DNA from: the human T2T-CHM13v2.0 reference genome, Homo sapiens
NCBI RefSeq assembly: GCF_009914755.1
Contig: NC_060931.1
Length of the DNA: 64,000 nt
Direction: 5' to 3' (one strand)
The position numbers and the translations under genes were made by a program. The notes below the pieces were generated by a model. That model was given only the letters and a program-made list of their open reading frames with translations, ran no database searches and was not told the origin of the DNA. Shown in pieces: positions 42,717-56,063 of the stretch. The first letter of the stretch is position 1. The number at the start of each line of letters is the position of its first letter.

Positions 42717-43887
42717 GTCTAAGCTAAACAGCAAGACAAAAGCATCTGGTCACCTATAAAGGGACCCCCATAAGACTAACAGAAGATTTATCGGCAGAAA
42801 CTTTATAGACCAGAAGAGAATAGGATGATATATTCAAAGTGCTGACAGGAAAAACAACAACAACAACAAAAACAAACCAAAACAAAACAAAAAAAAAACC
42901 CTGGCAGCCAAGAATACTGTATCCAACAAAATTACTGTTCACAAATGAAGAAGAAATAAAGTCTTCTCTAGAGAAGCAAATGCTCAAGGAATTCATTACC
43001 ACTAGCCCAGCCCTACAAGAAATAATCAAGGGAGTCCTAAACCTGGAAGCAAAAAGACATTTACCATCATGAAAACACATGAAAGTATAAAACTCACCAG
43101 CAAAGCAATCACACAAAGAAAAAAGGACTCAAATGGTACCAATACAGAAATCCACCATGCCATAATGACTAACAATGAGAGAAAAGGAAAGAAACAAAAT
43201 ATATAACACCATCAGAAAATAATTAACAATATGACAGGGACAAAGCCTTGCATATCAATAATAACCTTGATAGTAACTAAACAGATTAAATTATCCTCTT
43301 AAAAGATACATAAAGGTTGAATGGATTTAAAAAAAAAAACAATCCAACTGCTTACAAGAAACTCACCTCACTAATAAGGACACATACACAGCTAAAGTAA
43401 AAGAATGGAAAAAGATATTCCATGCAAACAGAAACCAATAGCAAGCAAGAATCGTTATACTTACATCAAACAGACTTTAAATAAAGAACAATAAAAAGAC
43501 AATCATTAATTGTAGGGCATTAAATAATGAAAAAGGAATCAATCCAGCAAGATGATATAACAATTCCAAATATATATGCACCCAACACTGGAGCACCCAG
43601 ATTCATAAAACAAATATTACTAGATCTGAAAGAGAGATCCAATAATAGTTGGGGGCTTCAACACCCAATTCTCAATGTTAAACAGATCACCTAGACAGGA
43701 AGTCAAGAAAAAAACGTTGAATTTAAACTGGAGTTTACACAAAATGGACCTAACAGACATTTACAGCACATTTTATCCAACAGTTGCAGAATATACATTT
43801 TTTCCATCAGTATATGGAACATTCTCCAGAATAGACCTTTTATTAGGCCACAAAATAAGTCTGAATAACTTTTAAAAAACTGAAAAC

Positions 43888-44183
43888 AGCCAGGCGCAGT
43901 GGCTCACACCTGTAATCCCAGCACCTTGGGAGGCCAAGGCAGGCAGATCACTTGAGGTCAGCGGTTTGAGACCAGCCTGACCAACACAGTGAAACCCCGT
44001 CTTTACTAAAAATACAAAAATGAGCCAGGTGTGGCAGCACAAGCCTGTAAACCCAGCTACTCAGGAGGCTGAGGCAGAAGAATCGCTTGAACCTGGGATG
44101 TGGAGGTTGCAGTGAGCCGGGATGGCACCACTGCATTACAGCCTGGGTGACAAAGCGAGACTCGATCTCAAACAAACAAAAAA
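43888..44183 (+). mobile_element. Alu (AluS-like) nested in L1, TSD aaaaaactgaaaac
   Basis: Full dimer; TSD on both sides. Confidence 0.94.
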
Positions 44184-44313
44184 CTGAAAACCTGTTAAGT
44201 ATCTCTTCGCGCCACAATAAAATATAACTAAAATTAATACAAAGAAGAATTCTACAAATACACGGGTGGGGTGGCGGGGAAACATGCTCCTGAATGACCA
44301 CTGTGGTTGACTA

Positions 44314-44625
<312 letters not shown>

Positions 44626-46161
44626 TTAAAAAAGTTAAAAATAAGAAAACATGGAAATTAAAAAAATTTATTGGAACAAATGAAAACAGAAACACAACAT
44701 ACCAAAACCTCTGGGATACAGCAAAAGCAGTACTAAGAGAGAAGTTTATAGCAATAAATGCCCAAAGATCATAACATAACATAAAATGAACAGGAGAAAA
44801 TAAATAATAAAGATCAGAGCAGAGCTAGATGAAATAGAGACTTAAAAATACAAAGGATCAACAAAACAAAAATTTGGCTCTTCAAAAAGATAAATAAAAT
44901 TGATAAACCATTGGCTAGTTTAACCAGGAAAAGAAGAGAGAAGCCTCAAATAAAATCAAATGAAAAATGACACATTACAACTGATACCATAGAAATACAA
45001 AAGATCATCAGAGACTATTATGAACTACTATACGCTTAAAAAGCAGGAAAACCTACAGGAAATGAAAAATTTCTAGAAACATACGACCTACCAAGATTGA
45101 ATCAGAAAGAAATAGAAAACCTGAACTGACATTATAGGTAGCAAGATGGAAAGAATAATAAAACATCTTTCAACATGGAAAAGTCCAGGACCAGACAAAC
45201 TGACAGCTGAGTTCTACCAAACTAATACTAATCTTTTTGAAACTATTCCCAAAAACTGAAATGGGGAGAATTCTCCCTAACTCATTCTATGAAGCTGGAA
45301 TCACCCTGATCCCAAAATCAGACAAGGACACAACAAAAAAAGAAAACTACAGGCCTATATACCTGATGAACACAGGTGCAAAAATTCTCAACAAAATACT
45401 AGCAAACAGAATCCAGTAGCATATCAAAAAGATAATACAACACGATCAAGTGAGATTTACACCAGGGATATAAGGATGGTTCTATGCAAATCAACAAATG
45501 TGATACATCACAACAGAATGAAGGACAAAAACCGTATGATCATCTCAATAGACACAGGAAGCGTATTTGATAAAATTCCACATCCCTTCATAATAATCCT
45601 CAACAAACTAGGCATAGAAGGAACATACCTCAAAATAATAAAGGCCATATACAACACACTCACAGCTAACATCATATGGAATGGGGGAAAGTTGAAAGCT
45701 TTTTCTCTAAGAACTGAAACAAGACAAAGATACCCACTTTCACCACTCCTATTTAACATAGTGCTGAAAGTCCTAGCCAGAGCAGTCAGGAAAGAGAAAG
45801 AAATAAAAGTCATCAAAATCGGAATAAAGGAAGTTAAACTGTCCCTTTTTGCTGATGATATGATCTTACACCTAGAAAAACCTAAAACTCAACCCAGAAG
45901 TCTTAGATTTGATAAATAAATTCAGTAAAGTTATAGGATACAAAATCAACACACAAAAATCAGTAGCATTTCTATAAACCAAGAGTGATCTAGCCGAGAA
46001 GAACATCAAGAAAGCAATCCCACTTATAATTGCTATGAAAAATAAAAGTATCTAAGAATAAATTTAACAAGGTGAAAGATCTCTACAAGAAAAACTACAA
46101 AACACTGATGAAAGAAATTGAAGATGACATAACCAAATGGAAAAACATGACATGCTCATAG

Positions 46162-46518
<357 letters not shown>

Positions 46519-48197
46519 TAAATATTCAATGCAATCTCTACCAAATTACCAAGTTATTTTTCACAATATCAGAAAAAAAAAAATCCTAAAATTTGTACGG
46601 ACCAGAAAAGAGCCCGATTATTCAAATCAATCCTCAGCAACAAGAACAAGGCTAGAGATGCCACATTACCTGACTTCAAAACATATTCCAAGGCTATAGT
46701 AATGTTAAAGCTGGCCTTCATATCAAAACCGCATTACAATAATTCTCCTTCAGAAAGAGTTTATAACACTTGTACTAAATAAGCACAGGTAGCACACTGA
46801 TAATACAAGCAACATTAAATACTTCTATATAATTATGGAAATATCAACTTTATTGGCTGCATCAGTTATTTACTGCTACATATAACACCCACCCCCAAAT
46901 TTAGTGGCCTTACTTGTTCACAATTCTGTAGGTAAGCACTTTAGATTGGGTCTAGCTGGAATGTTCATCTGCTGCTTAGCCCTAAGGTCACTAATTCTTC
47001 CATTTAGCAATCTTTATTTCCCTCTTGAAATATATGAGAACTCTAGAAAATATTATTTCCTAATACAGTAGAATATGCATTAAAGAACCATCATATCAGT
47101 CCTTCAATTCTGCCCCTGATCAACAGTATGGTCTTGAGGTAAGTTATCTAATATCTCTTGGTGTTACTTCCACCCTTGGTAAAATGGGAGTATCACTGCT
47201 TATCCTGTCTATTTCACATGGTTGTTTTTCCAGTTGAAGTCAACTCAAGTTTTTAAACATTTAGTGAAGACCAACCATGTTCTAAGCATTACACTGGAAA
47301 AACAGAGACTAAAAAGACACCTTTCCATGGTGTGTAAGAATGCGAATATTTTTTTAACTTGGAAATAATCCAAATGTATATCACAATAGAAAGAAAAAAT
47401 AGTGATGTATTTATATAGAACAATACCACAGAGCAGTTAAAATGAAAGAACTGCACGTAACAACCACATAATGGCAATACATTTTATGTACTGCACATGG
47501 GCATCTAGCCAAATGGGTGAGCAGGGGCTGACATTTAATCTACATTCAATGTGTCAAACCGCAAACCCTGACATAAGGCTACACGTGTCTACAGAAAGGC
47601 ATACCTTTTTCTTTATACAAAGGTTCGTTCTGCTCACCTGAAGGGCTATTTTGGTATAGAGAGGTGCCCTTTCTAATTCTCACACAGGTACCAAGTAAGC
47701 CAGTGGCTCTAGTAACACCAGGGTTGAAACTCAGAAATACAGTGTAAAGTGAAAAAGCAAGTCACAGAATATGCTCATTATGGAACATTTCTATAATGTT
47801 CCAAAGGTGGAAAATAAACTACTGTTTAGAAATAAAAACATATGGAGTTAAACTTAAAAAAAAAAGCATGGGAATGAGACATAAAATTCAGGATGCTGGT
47901 TACCTCTCATCAGAGAGAAAAGAAAATAGGATCAGGGAAACAAGAACTTCAAAGGTAATAAATAGCAAGGCTCTAGTTCTTAAACTGAGTAGGGGGTACG
48001 TATTAGTTCAATGTATACTTACACTTTATACCGCACATATATTTTATAAATATGTTGCACATATATTCAATATTTAATTTTAAAAATTGGGGAAAAAAAC
48101 TTACTCCCTGCACTAAAAAAGCTTAAACTCAAGAGGAAGAGAATCATAGCCTATAAATATAGCGTGATGTGGGCTCTGATAAAGATGTACACTTTAA

Positions 48198-48503
48198 GGC
48201 CAGGCATGGTGGCTCACGCCTGTATTCCCAGCACTTTGGGAGGCTAAGGAGGGCAGAACACCTAAGGTCAGGAGTTCAAGACCAAACTGGCCAACATGGT
48301 GAAACCCTGTCTCTACTAAAAATACAAAAATTAGCCAGGTGTGGTGGCAGGCGCCTGTAATCTCAGCTACTCGGGAGGCTGAGGCAGGGAGAACTGCTTG
48401 ACCCTGGGAGGCAGAGGTTGCAGTGAGCCAAGATTGCACCACTGCACTCCGGCCTGGGTGACACAGTGAGACTCCGTCTCAGAAAAAAAAAAAAAAAAAA
48501 AAA
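48198..48503 (+). mobile_element. Alu (AluS-like)
   Basis: Full dimer; aaagatgtaca on both flanks. Confidence 0.95.
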
Positions 48504-48538
48504 AGATGTACAGTTTGACAGCTTCAAAAAGAAGCACC

Positions 48539-48655
48539 AACCCCATTTTACATGATGTGATTATTAGGCAGTGCATGCAAATATCAAAACATTTCATCTA
48601 CCCTTTAAGTATATACACCTATTATATACCCACAAAAATTAAAATTAAAACAAAA
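48539..48655 (+). mobile_element. L1MA-like 3' end fragment
   Basis: ccccattttacatgatgtgattatta...tatatacacctattatatacccacaaaaattaaaa. Confidence 0.75.
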
Positions 48656-49373
48656 AGAAGCATCAAATAGGCTGAGGCATGCCAAAGTGCTTTATAAACT
48701 ACTATCTATACTATAAAGTGATAACTACACAAATATTAAAGTGGTTCTTCACATTGGTTTCAGGATGATAAACATAACAGTTTAAGCATTACTTTCGATT
48801 TTTAAAAGAAGTCATATAGCACTTAAATACAATTGTATTCTTTCTAATAAGGATAATGTACACAGGAGCCATTACACAGTGGGTCTAATAAGTATCAAAA
48901 TGAAACCTGAGGAAAACTTTCCATCTGTTATTCCATAGGCTAGAAAAATGATTAAGTAATAATTCTTACTTTACTCCCCAGAATAATACTTACCAGGAAG
49001 TAGGGGGAAACGCTTGACTGAAGAAACCAATTGCTTCTCAAAAATCATTACTATTTTAAATTCATCTGAGTTTTTTAAAAAAACTTCTCTTTAAAATACT
49101 AACCATAGGATAATAGAAGTATAGTATGTTCCCATTTACACTTTTAGAATACTACTCTATTTGTACGTACCTATATATAAATCCATGATGCATTTTTTAA
49201 AGTCTGGAATAGGAAATAGATGAAGACTTGGGAGAAAGGGATGGGGAGAAATTCTTCAAGTTTTGTTCAAATGATCTCAAAGATTCCATGTTTCAAGACT
49301 GATGAACACTGGACTTCTATAAAACTGTGGGCCCATTCTGGGTATCTAAGCCATGCTTTCCCCACATCCCTTT

Positions 49374-49938
49374 TGAAACCACCCTCACAGAGTTGATGGA
49401 GAACTACAAGCCAGGCTTTAGGCAGAATTATAGTCAGGCATTGACCAGGGTGCACTGGGGTACTTCAACCCACTTCCCTGTAGCTGGTAACTAACCAAGG
49501 GTCATGCGGCATGCTGACCACCTGCTCCCCCATTGTTCCTATACACAGAATCTCTGACACTGGACCTTTTTACCCAAGAATTGCTTATGGTGTTTTTCAG
49601 GTCCTGAATTCCAGCAGAATGGCTGAAGCCAACCAGTCTCAAGACCTCAACCAAGGAACCAACCAACTCTGCACAGGAATGCGGTTTCTTCATCTCCCTG
49701 TCCCAGGAATTCCCCCTTGCTTCTTGACCAATCAGCAATCCCCACATTTTAGCCCTACCTGTTCAGACCCTTTACAAGCTCCATCCCCAAACCCTGGAGG
49801 GAGGAGGATTTGAAGGTTCCTCTGTCTCATTTGACTGCCCTACAATTATTAAACTCTTTCTCTACTGCAACTCCCATTGTGTCTGCATACTGGTCTGTTA
49901 TCATGCAACAAGCAATCAAACCTAGTGGTCCTATAACA
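49374..49938 (+). mobile_element. ERV1-class solo LTR (LTR26-like)
   Basis: TG...CA ends, 4-bp TSD cttt (49370-49373, 49939-49942), attaaa signal near the 3' end. Confidence 0.8.
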
Positions 49939-50959
49939 CTTTGGTTTAACTTTATTTAGTTAAAATACAGTAATTTTTAAACCAGCCTATTTTAAGTGGG
50001 AAGGTGGAACAGTTTGTAACATACCATGTTAAAAAATATAAACATAATAACAATAAGACCAATATAAATAAGCTGCTATTATATACTGGTTAACCTCATA
50101 ATGATCATGTGTCAACCAATAAATTACCACAAATCATCCCTGCACAAAGCTTTTAATCTACTACATATGCAGGTTCAGGTGTATTCAGTTATGTTAGCAT
50201 TTTTGTACACTAAAACAACAAACCAAAGTTTAAAAATTGCTTGATAAGAACAAAAGAGTAATTTCAAAGTTTTCTCATAAGATTATATTTTAAAGGTTAA
50301 AATAATGTTTAAAAATCAAATTGGTATTTTTTATTATCAGATTATAATTTCAGGTTGTACTCTTGAGACCAAAGAAAATCAATCAATGGCAAGAACATTT
50401 GTACCATACCAATTTTCAAATTCAACTGCAGAACCACTCTAAGAAAGATCTGTTCAGTTTATTAATTCCATCCAATAAAAACCACATTAACGCCAACCTT
50501 AAAACTGCTTATTAGTATTTTGTAGGTACTTTTAATCAAAGTACCTATACCACATCATAAATTTTTATACCTAAATCCTATTTAAGTAATTCAATATAAC
50601 AATCAGAAGAGCCAGCAATTATTTATTCCTCCACCTATATTCAAAAATCATTTGGGATATAAGGTACCTCTACAAGATCATTAAGTTCTTTATAAAAAAA
50701 TACGAAATGATTTAAATTATTATATGTTACTTTTTAATTCTAAAGCCCACAATCAAGTTTAATGTAACTGGAATAAAATTCATATTCTGCTGTCTACTGC
50801 TATACTGCTACAAATACATAATATAAATGTGTACACAGTAATTCTGATTACACAGTAATTTTGGAAAACTTGGAAATTACAGAGAAGCCATACTATAATC
50901 CTGCCATTCCAAACTACCCAGATACCTGCTATTAATGTATGAGTTAATAGTAAATTTTT

Positions 50960-51450
50960 AGCATTTCATTAGTGGGTCTTTTCTTCTAATTGAGACAATC
51001 ATATGACTTTTAACCATGTTAACATGGTAAATTATATGCACAGATTTTCTAAAATTAAGCCATCTCAGCATACATGGGCTAAAGGAAACTTGGTTATAGT
51101 GTTTAATCTCATTCATACATGGTTGGATTCAGTTTGCTAATATAAAGTTTTTACATCTACATTCATGACTAAAATAAACCTATATTTATTTTTTCTCTTT
51201 TATAACATTTCTATCTGGTGTAAATATCAGAGTTATAAAGGTCTTACAGAATGAATTGGGAAGTATTTCCTCTTTTCCTGTTCTCTGGAAAAGTTCGTAT
51301 AAAATTTAGATGATCTGCTCCTTGAAATTTTGGTAATATTCATCTGTAAAATGATCTGAGCCAATGCTTCCCTTGTGAAACAATTGTTTTTCTTTTTTTC
51401 CCACTTGTTCAATTTCTTTAACAGTTACAGGATTATTTAAGCTGATTTTT
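50960..51450 (-). mobile_element. Old L1M ORF2 fragment
   Basis: ggattcagtttgctaata...gaatgaattgggaagtatttcctc. Confidence 0.7.
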
Positions 51451-51748
51451 TTTTCAATAGTTCCAAAAAAAATTTTCTAAAAACTGATGTATTCCTATCC
51501 ACAGTAAATGGACCAAAAATTCACAACACTTCAAAGTTATGACACTTTTTTATCTGAATTTAAGACTAACAATGTTAGTTATTTAGACTTGAGAGTACTA
51601 AATAACGTATCAGTTTGGCTTTATTTTTAATGAGAATCCTGTAACAAGTCTAAAAATAACTACTACAAAACCATATGGTACAACAAAACCATAATTGCTA
51701 CTTTTGACAAACATAAATAGGTTTGCATATATTTTAGCTACCACTTAC

Positions 51749-51870
51749 CACCAGAAACAGGGGCATCCATGAAAACTGCTCCCATTTTCTCAACTTCTTT
51801 GGCCAATTCTTTTGAAACTGCAGGATCAATAGTGCTGGAATCTATTAATAATGAGCCCTTCTTCACTTTT
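51749..51870 (-). CDS. HIBADH: HIBADH coding exon (122 bp, probably exon 4): KVKKGSLLIDSSTIDPAVSKELAKEVEKMGAVFMDAPVSG(G)
   Basis: Hand-translated (not in the ORF track). Contains the family motifs IDSSTIDP and DAPVSGG. Acceptor ttacttAG (51871-51872), donor GTaagt (51747-51748). In frame with the upstream exon. Confidence 0.97.
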
Positions 51871-52610
51871 CTAAGTAAATAAATAAAAATATTTGTAGTT
51901 TACAACTCTGAGTAAAAATTTCATGCAACTACCTACAGAATTAGAATCTGCTGAAAAGCTGCCATATATCAAGGAGGATTTTAGTTTAGTATTAAAAACA
52001 TTATTAATTAGAACACGTTTAAAAATCTCATTCTTTTTGAGACCAATTGTACTTCAAAAGTAAACCCAAACTCTTTCAAAAGATCCAAAAAAAACCTAAT
52101 AAAACCTAATATACTACATGGTATAAATTCTGATTTCAGATGAACTACACACTAACCATAATAATAAACATGAAGCTAAGATGTAAGCAATTTAAAACAC
52201 CTATTAACTTTAAAAGGGTATTAGATAGGACTTAAATTTTTGTCTGTAAAGTAGCTGGATCTTTAAAAAGTAATTTATTTGTCTTTAACAAGCCATACTG
52301 CAAATTTCATATATCCGTGTTATTTCCACAATGAAGAATAAACATAAGCAATTAAAATCTAGCCATTTGTGTTGGGATGGCATATTATTTTATAATTGTA
52401 ACTTTAATGACAAAATAAAATATCAAGCAGGTAGAAAGGAAAATATATGAAAGAATCTGGAAATCTCACAGTCTTTTTGGCTTTTTAGGGTAACTTATAT
52501 ATATACACTATAAGGCAGTGTCTATCTTCACTAGCTAGGAAACTCTAACCTAAATTATAATTTATTTAAAGGGTATGGCTAACCTTTAATTCAAACTTTC
52601 CAAAGTTCTT

Positions 52611-52818
52611 TAAGACAGAGTCTCCCACCTCAGCCTCCCAAGTAGCTGCGACCACAGGTGCATGCCACCATACCCGTCTAAGTTTTAAATTTTATATTTA
52701 CAGAGATGGGATCTCACCATGTTGTCCAGGCTGATCTTGAACTCCTGGGCTCAACCAATCATCCTGCCTCAGTCTCCCAAAGTGGTGGGATTACAGGTGT
52801 GAGCTACTGTGCCTGGCC
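52611..52818 (-). mobile_element. AluJ-like with internal deletion and no tail; 18-bp TSD
   Basis: aaactttccaaagttctt at 52593-52610 and 52819-52836. Confidence 0.9.
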
Positions 52819-52998
52819 AAACTTTCCAAAGTTCTTACTATAGATATACTAACCCAGAGGGCATGGAATCATGATAAGAAAATTAAAACTGAATAAATAT
52901 AAATACTGAAGAAGAAAACAGAAAAATCATTGATAAAAACTATTAAAAGGAAAAATCTTTCTATTAAAAAAATAGCACACAAAATGGTTTAAACATAA

Positions 52999-53132
52999 CC
53001 AGGCATGGTGGCTTAAGGCTGTAACCCCAGCACTCTAGGAGGCCAAGGCAGAAGGATCACTTGAGGCCACAGGTTGGAGACCAGACTAGGCAACATAGCA
53101 AGACCTCGTCTAAAATAAAAAGAAAAGAAAAA
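52999..53132 (+). mobile_element. Alu left monomer / FLAM
   Basis: Single arm plus A tail; flanks aaaatggtttaaaca / aaaattgtttaaaca. Confidence 0.85.
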
Positions 53133-54074
53133 TATACATATTAAAAATTGTTTAAACAACAATTTTAGACATATGAATTGTTACAATTCAAATGCAATTG
53201 TTGGGTATATTTCACAGAAGAGAAATAGCATACTCCAAGAGTATGTAGGTTTCTCTTTAGCCTAAAAGAATAAGAATTAAGTTTATCAATCTGTGATCTT
53301 AATATTTTAAGATCTTAAACCTTTCAACAAATGGAAAATCATCCCAAAAATTATACATGCACTGGGTGTATGGAAATGATCCTCACCCAGAAAAAAATAA
53401 AGAATCACCCATAAGAAGCAAATTATAGTTCAATGTAAAGTCAAACTTTTTAAAAACACTCCCTGGACCAAACTGTTCTGATAGCTAGTCACCATATTCC
53501 TTAGCAAAGGATATTAACAAATGTAGGGCTATGTCTCCTCAGAAGTTTTTAGTAACTTTTCTTTCAGAGGTAAAGCAGGACCATAACTGTAACAGGCTAG
53601 GTAACAGGACAGCTAGGATGCCTCTGGACCACACACACTGTGGCCCTGAGAGCTCCATCCAAAATGAGTGTCTTTTAACCTTCCCTGAAATCTAAACATT
53701 TATCTTATCAGTTTTCTGCCTAATATCCAAGTGTCTTTTGCTTCCTTCCAAGTTGGTTAGTTTTCCAACACAATTCAATTACCAGAAACTTCAAATTTCA
53801 CATATTACAGTTTCCTGAAATTACACCCTTTCTTTTAGCCCTTCTTGTGACTACAGTGTCTACCAGTTTGCTCTAGCTCTTTGCTGAAATTCAACAACAA
53901 AATAAGTTAGGAATAGAAACAGTGACATGACAAAACTAAGCTGGGAATTCAATCACTATCATCCTAACATAACCGCAAGGGTTTGGCAATAAGCAGCAAT
54001 TAACCAAAAGGTTTCTCAGAGCCAGGGAAGACAGGCACTGATTAGGAAACTGACCTAAACTGTATTTTACTTAA

Positions 54075-54218
54075 CCCATTTATGCCTAGTGTTCCATTTA
54101 TGCTAAGTTTGTGGGAGTTATTTACATCCTACTGCTCAAGCAGTACATCCTACTACTCAAGGTCATTGCCAAGGTCTGATTTTTCACAAAAAAATTTGCA
54201 ACCTCTGACATAAATGGG
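54075..54218. mobile_element. MER85 (piggyBac/PGBD3-derived MITE)
   Basis: TTAA TSD (54071-54074, 54219-54222); TIRs cccatttatg.../...cataaatggg; ~140 bp. Confidence 0.9.
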
Positions 54219-54713
54219 TTAAAGAGCTACTGCTAACCTTTAATTCCAACTTCCCAAAGTTCTTACTACAAACGTACTAACCCACAGGACATAACTTTTT
54301 TTCGTATAATAAAATGTTAAACGATGGTGTTCTTTCCAATGTTTGGCTATATTTTTCATAAAACCCTTTTCCTGAATTTCTATAAGCTGTAAGAAAATTA
54401 TATTATTAACAGTTGCAGTTTCAAATGTAAGCTTTAAAAGTCTCTTAAACATGTTACTAGTGAAAGGGTAAGTTTAACGCAAGAGTTAAAGGAAAGAAAC
54501 GGAACCAAAAAATTTTATACACATTGTCACATACTTGACTTCAGTGAAAAAATAAGCCTTTTACAATGAGAAAACCACCACACTATTCACTTTATGAAAT
54601 AAAAACAGTATAGAAAGGTTTAACAAACACAATTGTAATTTCCTAATAGTTCTAACATGCGAAATTCATGAACTATCATAACAAGAAAATATCCACAGGT
54701 GAGAAATACATAC

Positions 54714-54823
54714 TTTAGAATCCCATTTGCTCCGGAATAAGCTTCTATTGCATTGATACTGGTGGGCAGCATTGTAATAATTCTGTCAGCTTTTTCAGCA
54801 ACATCTGCTGGGGAAGATACTAC
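54714..54823 (-). CDS. HIBADH: HIBADH coding exon (110 bp, probably exon 3): VVSSPADVAEKADRIITMLPTSINAIEAYSGANGILK
   Basis: Peptide recognised as 3-hydroxyisobutyrate dehydrogenase. Minus-strand acceptor tttttttaaAG (54824-54825) and donor GTatgt (54712-54713). Ends in a split codon (AA) completed by the next exon. Confidence 0.97.
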
Positions 54824-55332
54824 CTTTAAAAAAAATTGCAAAGGCACATTATTTAAATTAAAATGTAAGCAGTTTCTAGAGCACAAACAGGATCCACTTT
54901 TCATGCATGCCTATAACAGTGACAGTGCATAAAGACTAATCCTTGTTTGCAAATGACCAAAAAAAAAAAAAAAAAAGCTTACTGCCCAAAATAAAGGCAC
55001 ATCATTATACATATACAGATGCAGTTTCTGTGAAATCAAATCTATCGTTTATTTTTAAAAGTGTGAAGGGAGTTGAGGGTAAAAGGGCAAAACCCAGCAG
55101 TCCTGGGAACAGACACACTTCTCATGGGTTCTTCCAAGTTGGATTCCTAAACAGCATAATCTTTGGTATACACTTTGACTAAGAAAAATATTCTAGTACA
55201 ACAACGCTGGTAACTCAACTGTAGGATTCATCAGTGATTTGGTGGGCAGCAAAATCCCCTAACAAAATCTCAAGTCCCAGTCCCCACCATCCTCCAGTCT
55301 GTATTTTCAAGCAAAAAAAAAAGAAGAAAGTA

Positions 55333-55372
55333 TCTGTTTCAGAAAAGAAAAGTCTGTTTCAGAAAAGAAAAG
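55333..55372. repeat. Perfect 20-bp tandem duplication
   Basis: tctgtttcagaaaagaaaag x2. Confidence 0.95.
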
Positions 55373-55753
55373 GTCAGGACAAGGACATAAACACTTACTA
55401 CAATGACTGCAAGTACCACCAGGAAGGCTAACAGTATGAGCTACCGAAACTTACGTGGAAACTACATACAGAATAAAGATATATGAATAGGCATCAGGGC
55501 ACTCTCTCAACCCTCATTTCTGCTTTAATAATGACCACGAACATACTGCAAAGGAAAATTGCGCTGTCTATCCTGTTTGCTTAGGTGCATGCATGAGTAG
55601 ATGCACTGTTACTCACATCCCCCATCCCCAGCTCTCTGGCTCTTTTCCACATATTCACCTTGATAAACCTGGCCAGCCAACTGGCAACCAAAGAGGTCAG
55701 GAGAGACCAGGAGCTCCTTCCTTGACTCAAACTCTCCTTTAATAGAAAGAATC

Positions 55754-56063
55754 AGCTGGGCACAATGACTCACGCCTGTAATCCCAGCACTTTGGGAGGC
55801 CGGAGCAGAAGGATTGCCTGAACCCAGGAGGTGGAGACCAGTCTGGGTAACACGGTGAGACTCCATCTCTACCAAAAAATAGAAAAATTAGCTGGGTGTA
55901 GTGGGGCGCACCAGTAGTCCCAGCTCCTTGGGAGGCTAAGATGGGAGGATAACTTAAGTCCAGGCGTTGGAGGTTACGGTGAGCTATGATCGCGCCACCA
56001 TACTCCAGCCTGCCTGGGCAACAGAGCGAGACCTGTCTCTTAAAAAAAAGAAAAAGAAAAGAA
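55754..56063 (+). mobile_element. Alu (AluJ-like)
   Basis: Full dimer. Confidence 0.92.

Larger units (their letters stand above)
51871..54713 (-). other. HIBADH: HIBADH intron between the two exons (2843 bp, GT-AG)
   Basis: Bounded by the donor and acceptor described above. Confidence 0.95.

Noticed and set aside
45237-45919. ORFs with reverse-transcriptase motif (LFADDMIL)
   Set aside because: Broken L1 ORF2 remnants with stops and frameshifts; not a gene or a novel RT system
54620-54904. 94-aa ORF as a standalone gene
   Set aside because: Only 54714-54823 is exon; the rest is read-through into introns beyond the splice sites
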